Source: an uncultured Pelagibacteraceae bacterium
GTDB taxonomy: Bacteria > Pseudomonadota > Alphaproteobacteria > Pelagibacterales > Pelagibacteraceae
Reading direction: 5' to 3'
NCBI GenBank assembly: GCA_902634695.1
Contig: CACPLE010000001.1
Span: 9,401 to 73,400, forward strand
Length of the DNA stretch: 64,000 bases
Shown here: in pieces, positions 1 to 10,854 of the stretch
How positions within the stretch are numbered: position 1 is the first letter of the stretch
Layout: each line of letters begins with the position of its first letter
Notes under the pieces: model-generated
Databases searched by the model: none
Told to the model about the DNA's origin: nothing
What the model saw: only the letters and a program-made list of their open reading frames with translations
Made by a program: the position numbers and the translations under genes

Positions 1-380
1 GATGCTACTTGATACAAGGTTGTCATTCTTAGTCTGGCTCTTGAATTTGCCATACCATGATCGTTATCAAAATTAGATAATGATGATTTAAATTCACTAA
101 ACAATTTGTCTAGTTCAATAATATGAGATTCGACATTGTTATAATTTTTTTTTAGCCAGTCTTGATGTTTTAAACTTAAATTATGTTGTATATCTTTTTG
201 TTTAATTGGCATGCTTAAAACAATTGTTTTTATTCCTGTCATTGCACATAATGTGCTTGTTACTGAAGAATCTATTCCACCAGATATTCCTATAACTAAT
301 GATTCTGCTTTTTTTGGCATTGAATTTACATAATTCAATATCCAATCTTTTATAAAAACAATTTTTTTAGTTACTTCCAT
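1..380 (-). CDS. nadE: NAD+ synthetase, N-terminal part (runs off window start)
   Basis: Not in ORF track. Manual reverse-strand translation from ATG at 380 gives MEVTKKIVFIKDWILNYVNSMPKKAESLVIGISGGIDSSVTSTLC, containing the NadE SGGxDS PP-loop. Confidence 0.88.
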   Translation of the reverse strand, partial: MEVTKKIVFIKDWILNYVNSMPKKAESLVIGISGGIDSSVTSTLCAMTGIKTIVLSMPIKQKDIQHNLSLKHQDWLKKNYNNVESHIIELDKLFSEFKSSLSNFDNDHGMANSRARLRMTTLYQVA

Positions 381-418
381 AATTCAAATATACGTTAAAG
401 GATTTCTTTTATAAACGC

Positions 419-1798
419 TTAAGAAGCCGCTCTAATTCCACTTCTTGCATAAATGGAATTCTTTTTAATTTCATCAGAAATTAAAAAGGCTAATTCTAAA
501 GCTTGGTTTGCATTCAATCTAGGGTCACAATGAGTATGATATCTGCTAGATAAATCACGATCAGAAATTTTTTGAGCTCCTCCCGTACATTCTGTAACAT
601 CTTGACCTGTCATTTCAATGTGTAATCCACCAGCATAAGATCCCTCGCTCTGATGAACTGCAAAAACATTTTTGACCTCACTAAGTACACTGTTAAAAGG
701 TCTTGTTTTAAAACCAGTTGCTGATTTAATTGTATTTCCATGCATTGGGTCGCATGACCAAATTACATTTAAACCTTCTTTCTTAATTGATCTAATCAAT
801 TTTGGTAAAAATTTTTCTACATTTTGATGTCCAAATCTAGAAATTAATGTAATTTTTCCTTTTTCATTATTTGGATTTAAAGTATTAATTATTTTTACAA
901 TTTCATCTGGTTTGGAAGTCGGACCACATTTAATTCCTATTGGATTTTCTAAACCTCTACAAAACTCAACGTGACCACCATCTAACTGTCTAGTTCTATC
1001 CCCTATCCAAACAAAATGGGCTGATGTATCGTGATATTCACCAGTAGTAGAATCAACTCTTGTCATGCTTTCTTCAAAAGGTAATAGTAATGCTTCATGG
1101 GATGTCCAAAAATTTACTGTCTTAAGTCTTCTGTTAAAATCTGAATTTATTCCACATGCATCCATAAATGCTAAAGCGTCAGCAATTTTATCTTCTAATT
1201 CTTTAAATTTTTTTGCTTGTGGGCTTTTTTTAATATAACCCAAATTCCATAGGTGAACTTTTTTAAGATCTGCAAATCCACCATGGCAAAAGGCTCTTAA
1301 TAAATTCAAAGTCGATGCTGCTTGCGAATATGCTTTGAATAATCTTTTTGGATCTGGTCTTCTAGCTTTTTCAGTAAATTCTATTCCATTTATATTGTCA
1401 CCTAAGTAACTTGGTAATTCTTTATTTCCTTGTTTTTCAGTTGGCGAGCTTCTTGGTTTAGAAAATTGACCTGCTATCCTTCCTAATTTAACCACAGGTA
1501 ATGATGCAGAGTAAGTTAACACTAAAGACATTTGTAAAATAACTTTAAAATAATCTCTTATTTTATCAGGATTAAATTCTGCAAAACTTTCAGCGCAATC
1601 TCCTCCTTGCAATAAAAAGGCTTTGCCGTCTGCAACATCTGCAAGTTGTTCTTTTAGGTGTCTGGTTTCTCCTGCAAAGACTAAGGGAGGAAAGTTTTTA
1701 ATCTTTCCAAGAACCATGTTTAATTCTTTTTCATTCACATATTTAGGTATGTGTTTTACAGGATAGTTTCTCCAACTATTTAATTTCCACTTTTTCAT
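419..1798 (-). CDS. Class II 3-deoxy-7-phosphoheptulonate (DAHP) synthase
   Basis: Motifs LQGGDCAESF, GRIAGQFSKPRS, WIGDRTRQ, CDPMHGNT, CDPRLN. Confidence 0.96.
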   Translation of the reverse strand: MKKWKLNSWRNYPVKHIPKYVNEKELNMVLGKIKNFPPLVFAGETRHLKEQLADVADGKAFLLQGGDCAESFAEFNPDKIRDYFKVILQMSLVLTYSASLPVVKLGRIAGQFSKPRSSPTEKQGNKELPSYLGDNINGIEFTEKARRPDPKRLFKAYSQAASTLNLLRAFCHGGFADLKKVHLWNLGYIKKSPQAKKFKELEDKIADALAFMDACGINSDFNRRLKTVNFWTSHEALLLPFEESMTRVDSTTGEYHDTSAHFVWIGDRTRQLDGGHVEFCRGLENPIGIKCGPTSKPDEIVKIINTLNPNNEKGKITLISRFGHQNVEKFLPKLIRSIKKEGLNVIWSCDPMHGNTIKSATGFKTRPFNSVLSEVKNVFAVHQSEGSYAGGLHIEMTGQDVTECTGGAQKISDRDLSSRYHTHCDPRLNANQALELAFLISDEIKKNSIYARSGIRAAS

Positions 1799-1867
1799 AA
1801 TACAACTCTAAGATGTATATATAGATTAGATATTATAAAAGTAAATTTATTTTTTACTAAAGGTTAT

Positions 1868-3685
1868 TTACTCAACAGTTACTGATTTTGCTAAGTTTCT
1901 AGGTTTATCGATATCACAATTTTTTAATAATGCGACGTGATAAGCTAAAAATTGTATAGGAATAGTAAGAAGAAAAGAATTAAGTGTAGAGTTTGTTTTG
2001 GGTATTTTGAATTTAAATCTAATATTTTCATTCATAGTTTCAGATTCATCATCTGTAATCATTATCACTTTTCCACCTCTAGCTATAACTTCTTGCATAT
2101 TGGATATGGTTTTTTCGAAATATCTATCTTTTGGTGAAAGAACAATTACTGGCATTCCATCTTCTATTAATGCAAGTGGTCCGTGTTTCATCTCTCCAGC
2201 GGCATAACCTTCCGCATGTATATAAGATAATTCTTTTAATTTAAGGGCACCTTCCAATGCGATAGGATACGAGTAGCCTCTTCCTAAATACATAGTTCCT
2301 TTTGCATTTATAAAATCTCTAGCAATAACCTGTATATCATTTTGTTTAGAAAGCGTTTGTTTAATGTAATCAGGTAATTTTTTTAGGTCTAATACTAATT
2401 TTTTATATTCATCTAAATTGATATCACTTCTATCTTTAGCTATTTTTAATGTTAACAAGTAAAGTACAAGCATTTGTCCTAAAAATGCTTTAGTAGAAGC
2501 AACTCCTATTTCAGGTCCAGCATGAATAGGTAATACAAAATCAGCTGATCTTGCAATAGAACTTTCCACAACATTTACTATACCGCATGATTTAATATTG
2601 TTTTTTTTACACTTTTCTAATGCAGCGTAAGTATCGGCAGTTTCACCTGATTGTGATACAAAAATATACAGATCATTTGGATTTAATTTTACATTTCTGT
2701 ATCTAAATTCGGAAGCTATATCTGCCTCGACATCCAGGGATGTAAATTCTTCTATCCAATATTTTGTCATTAAACACGAATGGTAGGCAGTTCCACATGC
2801 AATAAGTCTAATTTTATTAATTTTTTTAGGGTCAATTGGTAAATTATAAATATTTATTTCATTTCGAGATTTATCTAGATATTCATTAATACATTTTTTT
2901 GTTGTAACGGATTGTTCGTCGATTTCTTTTGACATAAAATCCTTAAAATCACCTTTGTCAGCAATATTATCTTCATTTGAAAGTTCAAAAATTTCTTTAT
3001 TAATTTTATTTTTCTCTGAATTATAAAATTCTACTTTTTCCTTATAAAGTAAGCAAAAATCTCCGTCATCTAAATATGAAATTTTATTTGTCATTGTTTT
3101 AAGTGCATAAGAATCAGAACCTATAAAATTTTCATTATGACCATATCCTACTGCTAGAGGACTACCTCTTCTTGCTCCAACTACAACATTATTAAAATCT
3201 TTAAAAATTACACCCAAAGCAAAACTTCCTTCCAGTTTTTCTAAAGTTTTATGGATACAATTAATTAAATTTTCTGATTTCAAAAAATCAGTCAGCATTA
3301 CAGTTATAACTTCAGTATCTGTTTGAGATTTAAAAGAATAACCTTTTTTTAAATATTCTTTTCTTAATTTATCAGAATTTTCAATAATCCCATTATGCAC
3401 AACTGATACAACTTCGGAAGAATGAGGGTGAGCGTTAACTTGGTTTGGAATTCCGTGTGTTGCCCATCTAACATGACCTATTCCCAAATCACCAGTGGAA
3501 GGATTTTCAAATAGAATTTTTTCTAAATTATCAACTCTTCCGGAACATTTTTGTTCATTAATTTCACCTTTGGTAATAGTAGAAATGCCAGCGGAATCAT
3601 ATCCTCGGTATTCTAATTTTTTTAATGCACCAACTATACTTGATGACACAGATTTATTACTAACTATTCCTACTATTCCACACAT
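1868..3685 (-). CDS. glmS: Glutamine--fructose-6-phosphate aminotransferase (isomerizing)
   Basis: N-terminal MCGIVG, EYRGYDSAG, HVRWATHG, SQSGETADT, C-terminal PRNLAKSVTVE. Confidence 0.98.
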   Translation of the reverse strand: MCGIVGIVSNKSVSSSIVGALKKLEYRGYDSAGISTITKGEINEQKCSGRVDNLEKILFENPSTGDLGIGHVRWATHGIPNQVNAHPHSSEVVSVVHNGIIENSDKLRKEYLKKGYSFKSQTDTEVITVMLTDFLKSENLINCIHKTLEKLEGSFALGVIFKDFNNVVVGARRGSPLAVGYGHNENFIGSDSYALKTMTNKISYLDDGDFCLLYKEKVEFYNSEKNKINKEIFELSNEDNIADKGDFKDFMSKEIDEQSVTTKKCINEYLDKSRNEINIYNLPIDPKKINKIRLIACGTAYHSCLMTKYWIEEFTSLDVEADIASEFRYRNVKLNPNDLYIFVSQSGETADTYAALEKCKKNNIKSCGIVNVVESSIARSADFVLPIHAGPEIGVASTKAFLGQMLVLYLLTLKIAKDRSDINLDEYKKLVLDLKKLPDYIKQTLSKQNDIQVIARDFINAKGTMYLGRGYSYPIALEGALKLKELSYIHAEGYAAGEMKHGPLALIEDGMPVIVLSPKDRYFEKTISNMQEVIARGGKVIMITDDESETMNENIRFKFKIPKTNSTLNSFLLTIPIQFLAYHVALLKNCDIDKPRNLAKSVTVE

Positions 3686-3687
3686 TT

Positions 3688-4296
3688 TTATTTTCTTTTA
3701 TAATTTTTAATTTCCACTTGAGACGATCTTGTTAAAACTAAAGATTTTTTTCTAACATTTTTTGTTATAACAGATCCAGCTCCTACAACACTTCTTTCGT
3801 TTATAGTTACAGGTGCCACTAAAGATGAGTTAGAACCAATAAAAACTTTGTCTTTGATATTTGTTTTGCTTTTTTTAATTCCATCATAATTACATGTGAT
3901 TGTCCCAGCTCCAATATTTACATTTTTACCTAAGGTAGAATCTCCAATATATGACAAATGATTAACTTTTGATTTTTTTCCTATTGTGCTTTTTTTAACT
4001 TCTACAAAGTTTCCAATTTTTGAACCTGATTTTAATTTAGTACCAGGTCGTATCCTTGCGTAAGGTCCTATGGTTACATTATTTTCAATATTTGCATTTT
4101 CTAAGTGTGAAAAAGAAAAAATTTTAACATTGTTTTGAATTCTTACTTTATCTTTAATTACTACATAAGGATCTATTGTAACGTTTTTTCCTATTATAGT
4201 ATCTCTTGAAAAAAAAACAGTATTTGGAGCTATCATCTTAACTCCTTTTTTCATAAATTTTTTTCTTAAATTATCTTGTAAATTTGTTTGTTTCAT
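3688..4296 (-). CDS. glmU: GlmU C-terminal glucosamine-1-phosphate N-acetyltransferase (LbH) domain only
   Basis: [37 protein letters not shown] motifs. Adjacent to glmS. Only 202 aa. Confidence 0.88.
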   Translation of the reverse strand: MKQTNLQDNLRKKFMKKGVKMIAPNTVFFSRDTIIGKNVTIDPYVVIKDKVRIQNNVKIFSFSHLENANIENNVTIGPYARIRPGTKLKSGSKIGNFVEVKKSTIGKKSKVNHLSYIGDSTLGKNVNIGAGTITCNYDGIKKSKTNIKDKVFIGSNSSLVAPVTINERSVVGAGSVITKNVRKKSLVLTRSSQVEIKNYKRK

Positions 4297-4367
4297 TTAA
4301 TAACATTTCTTATAGTTGACTAATTATGTTCTTTAATTCACAAATTATTTCTTATTAATACTTTTAA

Positions 4368-5057
4368 ATGACTCAAAAACTAACGATAATATTTGATCTT
4401 GATGGAACTTTAGTAGATACGGCACCTGATCTTCTAAGTGCACATAACCACGTAATGAAAAAATTCGGTTTTTTTTCTAAAAATCTTGATGAAATAAAAA
4501 ACTTAGCTGGCAAAGGTGCCGCTGTAATGATTGGAAGATCTATTTGGGAATCTGCAAAAAAAGAATTTACTTCAATAGAAGACAAAAAGATTAAAGATGA
4601 AATGGTAAAAGAATTTATTAATTACTACGGAAAAAATATTATTGTAAAAAGCAAACTTATAAATGGTGTTTATGAATTTTTAAAATGGGCAAAATCAAAA
4701 AATATATCTATGGGTGTATGCACTAATAAACAAGAACATTTAGCTGTAGATTTATTAAAAAAAATAAATATTTATGATTTTTTTGAATATGTCGCAGGTA
4801 GAAATACTTTTGAATATTGCAAACCAGATCCACGTCATCTTACAAGTATAATTGAAATTATGAATGGCAACGTAAAAAAAAGTTTAATGATTGGTGATAG
4901 TGAAAATGACGCAGATACTGCTAAATCGGCTGGCGTTCCAATGATACTTTTAGAAGGTGGCTATACAGATAAAAATACAAATCAAATTTATCATGACCAT
5001 TTGATTAAAGATTTTACCAATATTAATAAAATAATTATCAATTACTTAGATGATTGA
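4368..5057 (+). CDS. gph: HAD-family hydrolase, phosphoglycolate phosphatase-like
   Basis: FDLDGTLVDT, KPDP, MIGDSEND HAD motifs. Divergent from glmU as in many alphaproteobacteria. Confidence 0.85.
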   Translation: MTQKLTIIFDLDGTLVDTAPDLLSAHNHVMKKFGFFSKNLDEIKNLAGKGAAVMIGRSIWESAKKEFTSIEDKKIKDEMVKEFINYYGKNIIVKSKLINGVYEFLKWAKSKNISMGVCTNKQEHLAVDLLKKINIYDFFEYVAGRNTFEYCKPDPRHLTSIIEIMNGNVKKSLMIGDSENDADTAKSAGVPMILLEGGYTDKNTNQIYHDHLIKDFTNINKIIINYLDD

Positions 5058-5652
5058 TTTAAATCTTTTTATAGCACTAGTTAGTTTTTATTTTGTTATG
5101 TACGTAACTCCTGGACCTAACAATGCAATGGTACTTGCTTCAGGTTTAAAATTTGGTTTTTTAAAAACTATCCCTCATATGTCAGGAATTACAATCGGTC
5201 ATATCACTCAATTAATTTTAGTTTGCTTTGGTTTGGGAAAAATATTTCAAATATTTCCACAAATTCAAGATATTTTAAAAATAATTTGTGCAATATATTT
5301 ATTGTATCTTGGTTATAAAATTATTGGCTCATTTAGTAAAATTAAACAAGACAACTCAAAACCTCTAAAATTTTACGAAGCAGCTTTATTTCAAATTGTT
5401 AATCCTAAAGCATGGACAATTTCTAGTATGGCAGCATCAGGTTTCTTACCCAATGAAGGAAATTTGATTTTATCAATAATCTTTATAGCAACTGTTGCTT
5501 TAGTAGTATGTCCAATATCAATATCTCCCTGGGCAGCTTTTGGTTCTGGTATACGAAATTTTGTAAAGAATAATAAAATAAAAGCTTTAATAGAGTATTT
5601 CCTTGCTTTTTTACTTTTGATTACTTCCATTTTGATTGTAATACAAAAATAA
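5050..5652 (+). CDS. LysE/RhtB family translocator
   Basis: TPGPNN and NPKAW motifs. Hydrophobic, about 200 aa. Confidence 0.9.
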   Translation: MIDLNLFIALVSFYFVMYVTPGPNNAMVLASGLKFGFLKTIPHMSGITIGHITQLILVCFGLGKIFQIFPQIQDILKIICAIYLLYLGYKIIGSFSKIKQDNSKPLKFYEAALFQIVNPKAWTISSMAASGFLPNEGNLILSIIFIATVALVVCPISISPWAAFGSGIRNFVKNNKIKALIEYFLAFLLLITSILIVIQK

Positions 5653-5689
5653 TTTATTATTACTATTATCAAAAAATTAAGGAGAAGTT

Positions 5690-7192
5690 TTGATTTTACA
5701 TAAAGTAAGAGTTTACCCTTCAAAAACAAAATTGCCTAAAAAAAAGCAGCTTGCCTGGAAGATTGCTGAAATTTCAAGCGATAATGCAAAGTTAAACAAA
5801 CACTCAGTTGAAATGGCTATAAACAGAATTATAGATAATGCTTCTGTTGCTACTGCATCTCTAAATAGAAAATCGGTAATTGCTTCAAGGGAAATGGCTT
5901 TAAAACATCCTAGGAAAAATGGTGCAAATATTTTTGGTTTAAATTATAAAAAAAAATTTGATTGCGAATGGGCTGCATGGACAAATGGAACAGCTGTTCG
6001 AGAGTTAGATTTTCACGATACTTTTTTAGCTGCTGATTATAGCCATCCTGGAGATAATATTCCTCCATTACTAGCAGTTGCACAACAAAAAAGAATAAAT
6101 GGTATAGACCTTTTAAAAGGAATAATTACAGCATATGAAATCCAAGTTAATTTGGTAAAAGGAATTTGTTTACATAAACACAAGGTTGACCATATAGCTC
6201 ATTTGGGACCAAGTGTTGCTGGTGGAATTGGTGCTATGTTGAAGTTAAATACAGAAGTGATTTACCAAGCGATTCAACAATCTTTACATACAACGATTTC
6301 AACAAGGCAATCAAGAAAAGGTGAGATTTCAAGTTGGAAAGCTTATGCGCCTGCTCATGCTGGCAAACTTGCTATAGAAGCCGTTGACCGTGCTATGAGA
6401 GGTGAAGGTTCTCCCAGTCCAATCTATGAAGGTGAAGATAGTGTTATAGCTAGAATACTAGATGGAAAAAAAGCGTTATACAAAATACCTCTACCCAAAA
6501 AAAAAGAAGAAAAAAAAGCAATATTAGAAACTTACACAAAAGAATATTCTGCTGAATACCAAGCACAAGCATTAATAGATATAGCAAAAAAAATTAATAA
6601 AAAAATTATTGATTTAAAAAAAATAAAAAAAATAGACATATATACTAGTCATCACACACATAATGTTATTGGAACTGGTGCAAATGATCCTCAAAAAATG
6701 AATCCAAATGCTAGCAGAGAAACTCTGGATCACTCAATAATGTATATTTTTGCTGTAGCGCTCGAAGATGCAGATTGGCATCACATAAAATCATATAGCA
6801 AAACTAGATCAAATAAAAAAAGCACTATTAAAATTTGGAATTCAATTAAAACCTATGAAAATAAAAAATGGACTAAAAAATATCATGATCCTAATCCAAA
6901 AAATAAATCATTTGGAGCTAAAGTAGTAGTTACAATGAATAATGGACAAAAAATTTACGAGCAACTTAATAGAGCAGATGCACATCCTTACGGTTCAAGA
7001 CCATTTAAAAGAAAAAATTATATTAAAAAATTTAATACACTAACAAATAATATTATTTCAAAAAAAGAGAGTTTTAGATTTTTAAAAGCTGTTCAAAACT
7101 TAAAAAAATTAAAATCTGGAGAACTATACAAATTAAATTTAGAAGTTCAAAAAAATAAGTTAAAGAAAAATAAAAAAATTGGAATTTTTTAA
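5690..7192 (+). CDS. prpD: 2-methylcitrate dehydratase (MmgE/PrpD family)
   Basis: RELDFHDTFLAADYSHPGDNIP and RETLDHSIMY motifs. TTG start preceded by AAGGAG. Clustered with prpB and prpC. Confidence 0.93.
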   Translation: MILHKVRVYPSKTKLPKKKQLAWKIAEISSDNAKLNKHSVEMAINRIIDNASVATASLNRKSVIASREMALKHPRKNGANIFGLNYKKKFDCEWAAWTNGTAVRELDFHDTFLAADYSHPGDNIPPLLAVAQQKRINGIDLLKGIITAYEIQVNLVKGICLHKHKVDHIAHLGPSVAGGIGAMLKLNTEVIYQAIQQSLHTTISTRQSRKGEISSWKAYAPAHAGKLAIEAVDRAMRGEGSPSPIYEGEDSVIARILDGKKALYKIPLPKKKEEKKAILETYTKEYSAEYQAQALIDIAKKINKKIIDLKKIKKIDIYTSHHTHNVIGTGANDPQKMNPNASRETLDHSIMYIFAVALEDADWHHIKSYSKTRSNKKSTIKIWNSIKTYENKKWTKKYHDPNPKNKSFGAKVVVTMNNGQKIYEQLNRADAHPYGSRPFKRKNYIKKFNTLTNNIISKKESFRFLKAVQNLKKLKSGELYKLNLEVQKNKLKKNKKIGIF

Positions 7193-8088
7193 TGCATTTC
7201 GTTGATAAAAAACCTGAAGATAAAAGAATAGATTTTAATAAAAAATTAAATTCAAATAAAATATTAAGAATACCAGGCGCATACAATCCTCTAACTGCAA
7301 AACTTATAGAAGAAATTGGCTATGATGCGATCTACGTTTCTGGAGGTGTAATGTCTAATGATCTTGGATATCCTGATATAGGGTTAACAACATTAGAAGA
7401 TGTGAGCAATAGATCAAAACAAATAGCTAGAGTTACAAATCTTCCAACTGTCGTTGATATAGATACCGGTTTTAAAGACTGCGAAGAAACAATAGAAAGA
7501 TTTGAAAAATTTGGAATCTCAAGTGTGCATATAGAAGACCAGGTAGAAAGAAAGAGATGTGGTCACTTAGATAACAAAGAATTAATTGATAAAAAAGAAA
7601 TGGAAAAAAAAATTAAGAAATGTGTAAAAGCACGAAAAGATAAAAACTTTAAAATAATAGCTCGTTCTGATGCTAATAGTGTAGAAGGTATCGATAAAAT
7701 GATTGATAGATGTAAAGCTTATATTGACTCAGGTGCAGAAATTATTTTTCCAGAAGCTCTAAAAGATGAAAATGAATTTGAAATAGTAAGAAAATCTCTA
7801 GATTGCCACTTATTAGCAAACATGACTGAATTTGGAAAGTCAAAGATTTTAAATTACAAAGATTTAGAAAATCTTGGGTATAACATTGTAATTTATCCTG
7901 TCACAACACAACGATTAGCAATGAAAAGTGTAGAAGATGGATTGCGTGCTATTTTTGCAGATGGACACCAAAACAATATTATTGATAAAATGCAAACTAG
8001 AAAAAGACTGTATGATTTAGTTGATTATGAAAAATACAACTCTCTAGATGAGAAAATTTACAACTTTAATACAGAAGGACATGAATAA
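7192..8088 (+). CDS. prpB: Methylisocitrate lyase
   Basis: HIEDQ...KRCGH catalytic loop, LANMTEFGK. Confidence 0.93.
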   Translation: MHFVDKKPEDKRIDFNKKLNSNKILRIPGAYNPLTAKLIEEIGYDAIYVSGGVMSNDLGYPDIGLTTLEDVSNRSKQIARVTNLPTVVDIDTGFKDCEETIERFEKFGISSVHIEDQVERKRCGHLDNKELIDKKEMEKKIKKCVKARKDKNFKIIARSDANSVEGIDKMIDRCKAYIDSGAEIIFPEALKDENEFEIVRKSLDCHLLANMTEFGKSKILNYKDLENLGYNIVIYPVTTQRLAMKSVEDGLRAIFADGHQNNIIDKMQTRKRLYDLVDYEKYNSLDEKIYNFNTEGHE

Positions 8089-9212
8089 TGAGTGATGATA
8101 TAAAAAAAGGTTTGCTAGGAATTGTTGTTGACGAAACAAACGTTTCTCAAGTAATGCCTGATATAAATTCATTAACTTATAGAGGCTATGCAGTTCAAGA
8201 TTTGTGTGAAAAATGTAACTTTGAAGAGGTTGCTTATCTTGTTCTAAATGGAGAGCTTCCAAACAAAAAACAATTAAAGAAATTTATTAAAGATGAAAGA
8301 TTAAATAGAAAACTTTCAAAACAAGTTTTAAACGATATTCAAAAAATGCCAAAAAAAGCACATCCAATGGATGTTGTTAGAACTGCTGTTAGCTTGATGG
8401 CTTTGGAAGATAAAGATACTAAAGATAATTCTCCTAAAGCAAATATGAGAAAAGCTATAAGGATATTTTCAAAAACTCCAACGGCTCTAGCAGCTTTTTT
8501 TAGAAGTAGAAAAGGTAAAAAAATTATACATCCAAAAAAAAATTTATCTTTTTCTGAAAATTTTTTTAATATGTGTTTTGGCAAAGTTCCTGAAAAAGAA
8601 ATTATAAAAGCATTTGATGTTTCTTTAATTCTTTATGCTGAGCATAGTTTTAATGTTTCAACCTTCACCGCAAGAACAATTACTAGCAGTTTATCAGATA
8701 TACATGGCGCTATTACAGGCGCTATAGCAAGTTTAAAAGGTCCTTTGCATGGAGGTGCAAATGAAGAAGTTATGCATATGATGAGCAAAATTAAAAAACC
8801 TGAAAAAGCTTTTAATTGGATTAATAATGCTCTTGATAAAAAAGAAGTTGTAATGGGTTTTGGACATAGGGTTTATAAAAAAGGCGATTCAAGAGTCCCT
8901 ACAATGGAAAAATATTTTAAAAAAGTTTCTAAAATTAAAAAAGATAAAAAATTTATCAAAATTTACGAAATAGTTAAAAATGTTATGATTAATAGAAAAA
9001 ACATTCATCCTAATGTTGATTATCCGACGGGTCCCACTTATCATTTAATGGGCTTTGACACAGATATTTTTACACCAATTTTTGTTATTTCAAGAATTAC
9101 TGGTTGGTCGGCTCATATTATGGAACAACATGCAGCAAATAAATTAATTAGACCTCTTTCTAAATATAGTGGTGCAAAGCATCGTAAAGTAATGCTGTTA
9201 AATCAAAGATAA
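8088..9212 (+). CDS. prpC: 2-methylcitrate synthase / citrate synthase
   Basis: YAEHSFNVSTF, GPLHGGAN, GFGHRVYK, PNVD motifs. prp gene context. Confidence 0.92.
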   Translation: MSDDIKKGLLGIVVDETNVSQVMPDINSLTYRGYAVQDLCEKCNFEEVAYLVLNGELPNKKQLKKFIKDERLNRKLSKQVLNDIQKMPKKAHPMDVVRTAVSLMALEDKDTKDNSPKANMRKAIRIFSKTPTALAAFFRSRKGKKIIHPKKNLSFSENFFNMCFGKVPEKEIIKAFDVSLILYAEHSFNVSTFTARTITSSLSDIHGAITGAIASLKGPLHGGANEEVMHMMSKIKKPEKAFNWINNALDKKEVVMGFGHRVYKKGDSRVPTMEKYFKKVSKIKKDKKFIKIYEIVKNVMINRKNIHPNVDYPTGPTYHLMGFDTDIFTPIFVISRITGWSAHIMEQHAANKLIRPLSKYSGAKHRKVMLLNQR

Positions 9213-9213
9213 T

Positions 9214-9837
9214 TTAAAACTCTATCTTAGCAAACCTTTCTAGTATTATCTGATGTTTGCAATTATTTGCAGCAACAAACTCATCTATAGCTTTTTTAAC
9301 ACCAGGAGCATAGGTTAAATCGTAGTCATCACATAAAATAACGCCATCTTTTGACAAGAATTTTTTACTACACTCAAGGTCATTTTTAACAGTGTTGTAA
9401 TCGTGACCACCATCTATAAATATATAATCTACATCAGATAAATTTAAATCTTTTAAAACTGTATTTGTATTTCCTTTTATAATGTTAATATTTTTTTTAT
9501 ATTTCTTTAATAAATCTTCCACAGCTTTAACGCTGTATGGGTTTAATCTTTTGAAATACTTAAAGTAAATAGTCTTTAATGGATTGTTAAATTTATAAGA
9601 TGGTACAACTTCATTTTTTACTTCAACGCCTTCATCAAAAATATCTATTCCAGTATACTGAAATTCAAATCCATGATTTTTATACATCAAATCACACACA
9701 TTTCTTGCAGTAACACCATGAAATATTCCAATTTCTAAAAATTTTTTTGGGTTTTTTTTTTGAATTTCTTCTAAAAAAAGGTTTCCAATTACTTTTTTTT
9801 TAATACTAGTTTTTCTAAAATATTTTTTGTATTTCAA
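9214..9837 (-). CDS. Class I SAM-dependent methyltransferase (Methyltransf_24-like)
   Basis: LEIGIFHG motif I, FIDGGHDY, ILCDDY. Confidence 0.85.
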   Translation of the reverse strand: MKYKKYFRKTSIKKKVIGNLFLEEIQKKNPKKFLEIGIFHGVTARNVCDLMYKNHGFEFQYTGIDIFDEGVEVKNEVVPSYKFNNPLKTIYFKYFKRLNPYSVKAVEDLLKKYKKNINIIKGNTNTVLKDLNLSDVDYIFIDGGHDYNTVKNDLECSKKFLSKDGVILCDDYDLTYAPGVKKAIDEFVAANNCKHQIILERFAKIEF

Positions 9838-9840
9838 AAT

Positions 9841-10854
9841 TTAGCTAAATGCTTCTGCCCAAGTTCCTCTAGTCGAAGCTTTTGAATATTCAGTTGCACG
9901 ACCCTCAAAAAAGTTCATGTGTTCAACTGCATTAAGCATTGTATCAAGCCATGTTAGAGGATTTTTATCAACTTTATAAATTGGTTCCAAGCCAAGTTGA
10001 ATAAGTCTTCTGTTACCTATCCATCTAATATAATCTTTAATTTCTTGAGCAGTAAGACCTTCGATTGGCCCTTGTTGGAAAGCTAAATCAATAAATGCAT
10101 CTTCGTGTGAAATTATTGTTCTGCAAGCTTCATAAATTTCTTTTTTTAGTTGTGGTGTCCATATTTCAGGTTGCTCGTTAACAAAAGTTTTAAAAAGTTT
10201 AATCATCGAGTTACAATGAAGTGTTTCATCTCTAACAGACCAAGTTACTATTTGTCCCATACCTTTCATTTTATTTTGTCTTGGAAAGTTTAATAAAATT
10301 GCAAAACTTGCAAACAACTGAAGGCCTTCTGTGAATGCACTAAAAACTGCAATTGTTTTAGCAATGTCATGATGTGACTTCACATCAAAGCCTTGCATAT
10401 AATCATACTTATCTTTCATTTCTTTATATTTTAAAAAAGCTGAATATTCTGCTTCTGGCATTCCAATAGTGTCTAGTAAATGAGAGTATGCTGCAATATG
10501 AACAGTTTCCATAGCTGCAAATGATGACATCATCATTAAAACTTCGGTAGGTTTAAAAACATTCATATAATGTCTTATATAACAGTTGCTCACCTCAACA
10601 TCTGCTTGAGTAAAAAATCTAAATATTTGAGTTAATAAATTTTTTTCTTCCGGTTTTAAATTTTTTTGCCAATCTCTTACATCATCACCTAAGGGTACTT
10701 CTTCTGGTAGCCAATGAATTCTCTGTTGTGTTAACCAAGCATCATAACACCAAGGGTATCTGAATGGTTTATAAACAGGGTTGCCTATTAGAAGCCCCAT
10801 TTTTTTAGGTTCATTTTGAATTATCTCGACTTTTTTTAATTTCTCTATTGGCAT
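9841..10854 (-). CDS. nrdB: Class Ia ribonucleotide reductase beta subunit
   Basis: FFTQADVEV, METVHIAAY, EGLQLFASF, DETLH di-metal ligands, NFFE. Start placed at the ATG overlapping the end of nrdA. Confidence 0.95.
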   Translation of the reverse strand: MPIEKLKKVEIIQNEPKKMGLLIGNPVYKPFRYPWCYDAWLTQQRIHWLPEEVPLGDDVRDWQKNLKPEEKNLLTQIFRFFTQADVEVSNCYIRHYMNVFKPTEVLMMMSSFAAMETVHIAAYSHLLDTIGMPEAEYSAFLKYKEMKDKYDYMQGFDVKSHHDIAKTIAVFSAFTEGLQLFASFAILLNFPRQNKMKGMGQIVTWSVRDETLHCNSMIKLFKTFVNEQPEIWTPQLKKEIYEACRTIISHEDAFIDLAFQQGPIEGLTAQEIKDYIRWIGNRRLIQLGLEPIYKVDKNPLTWLDTMLNAVEHMNFFEGRATEYSKASTRGTWAEAFS

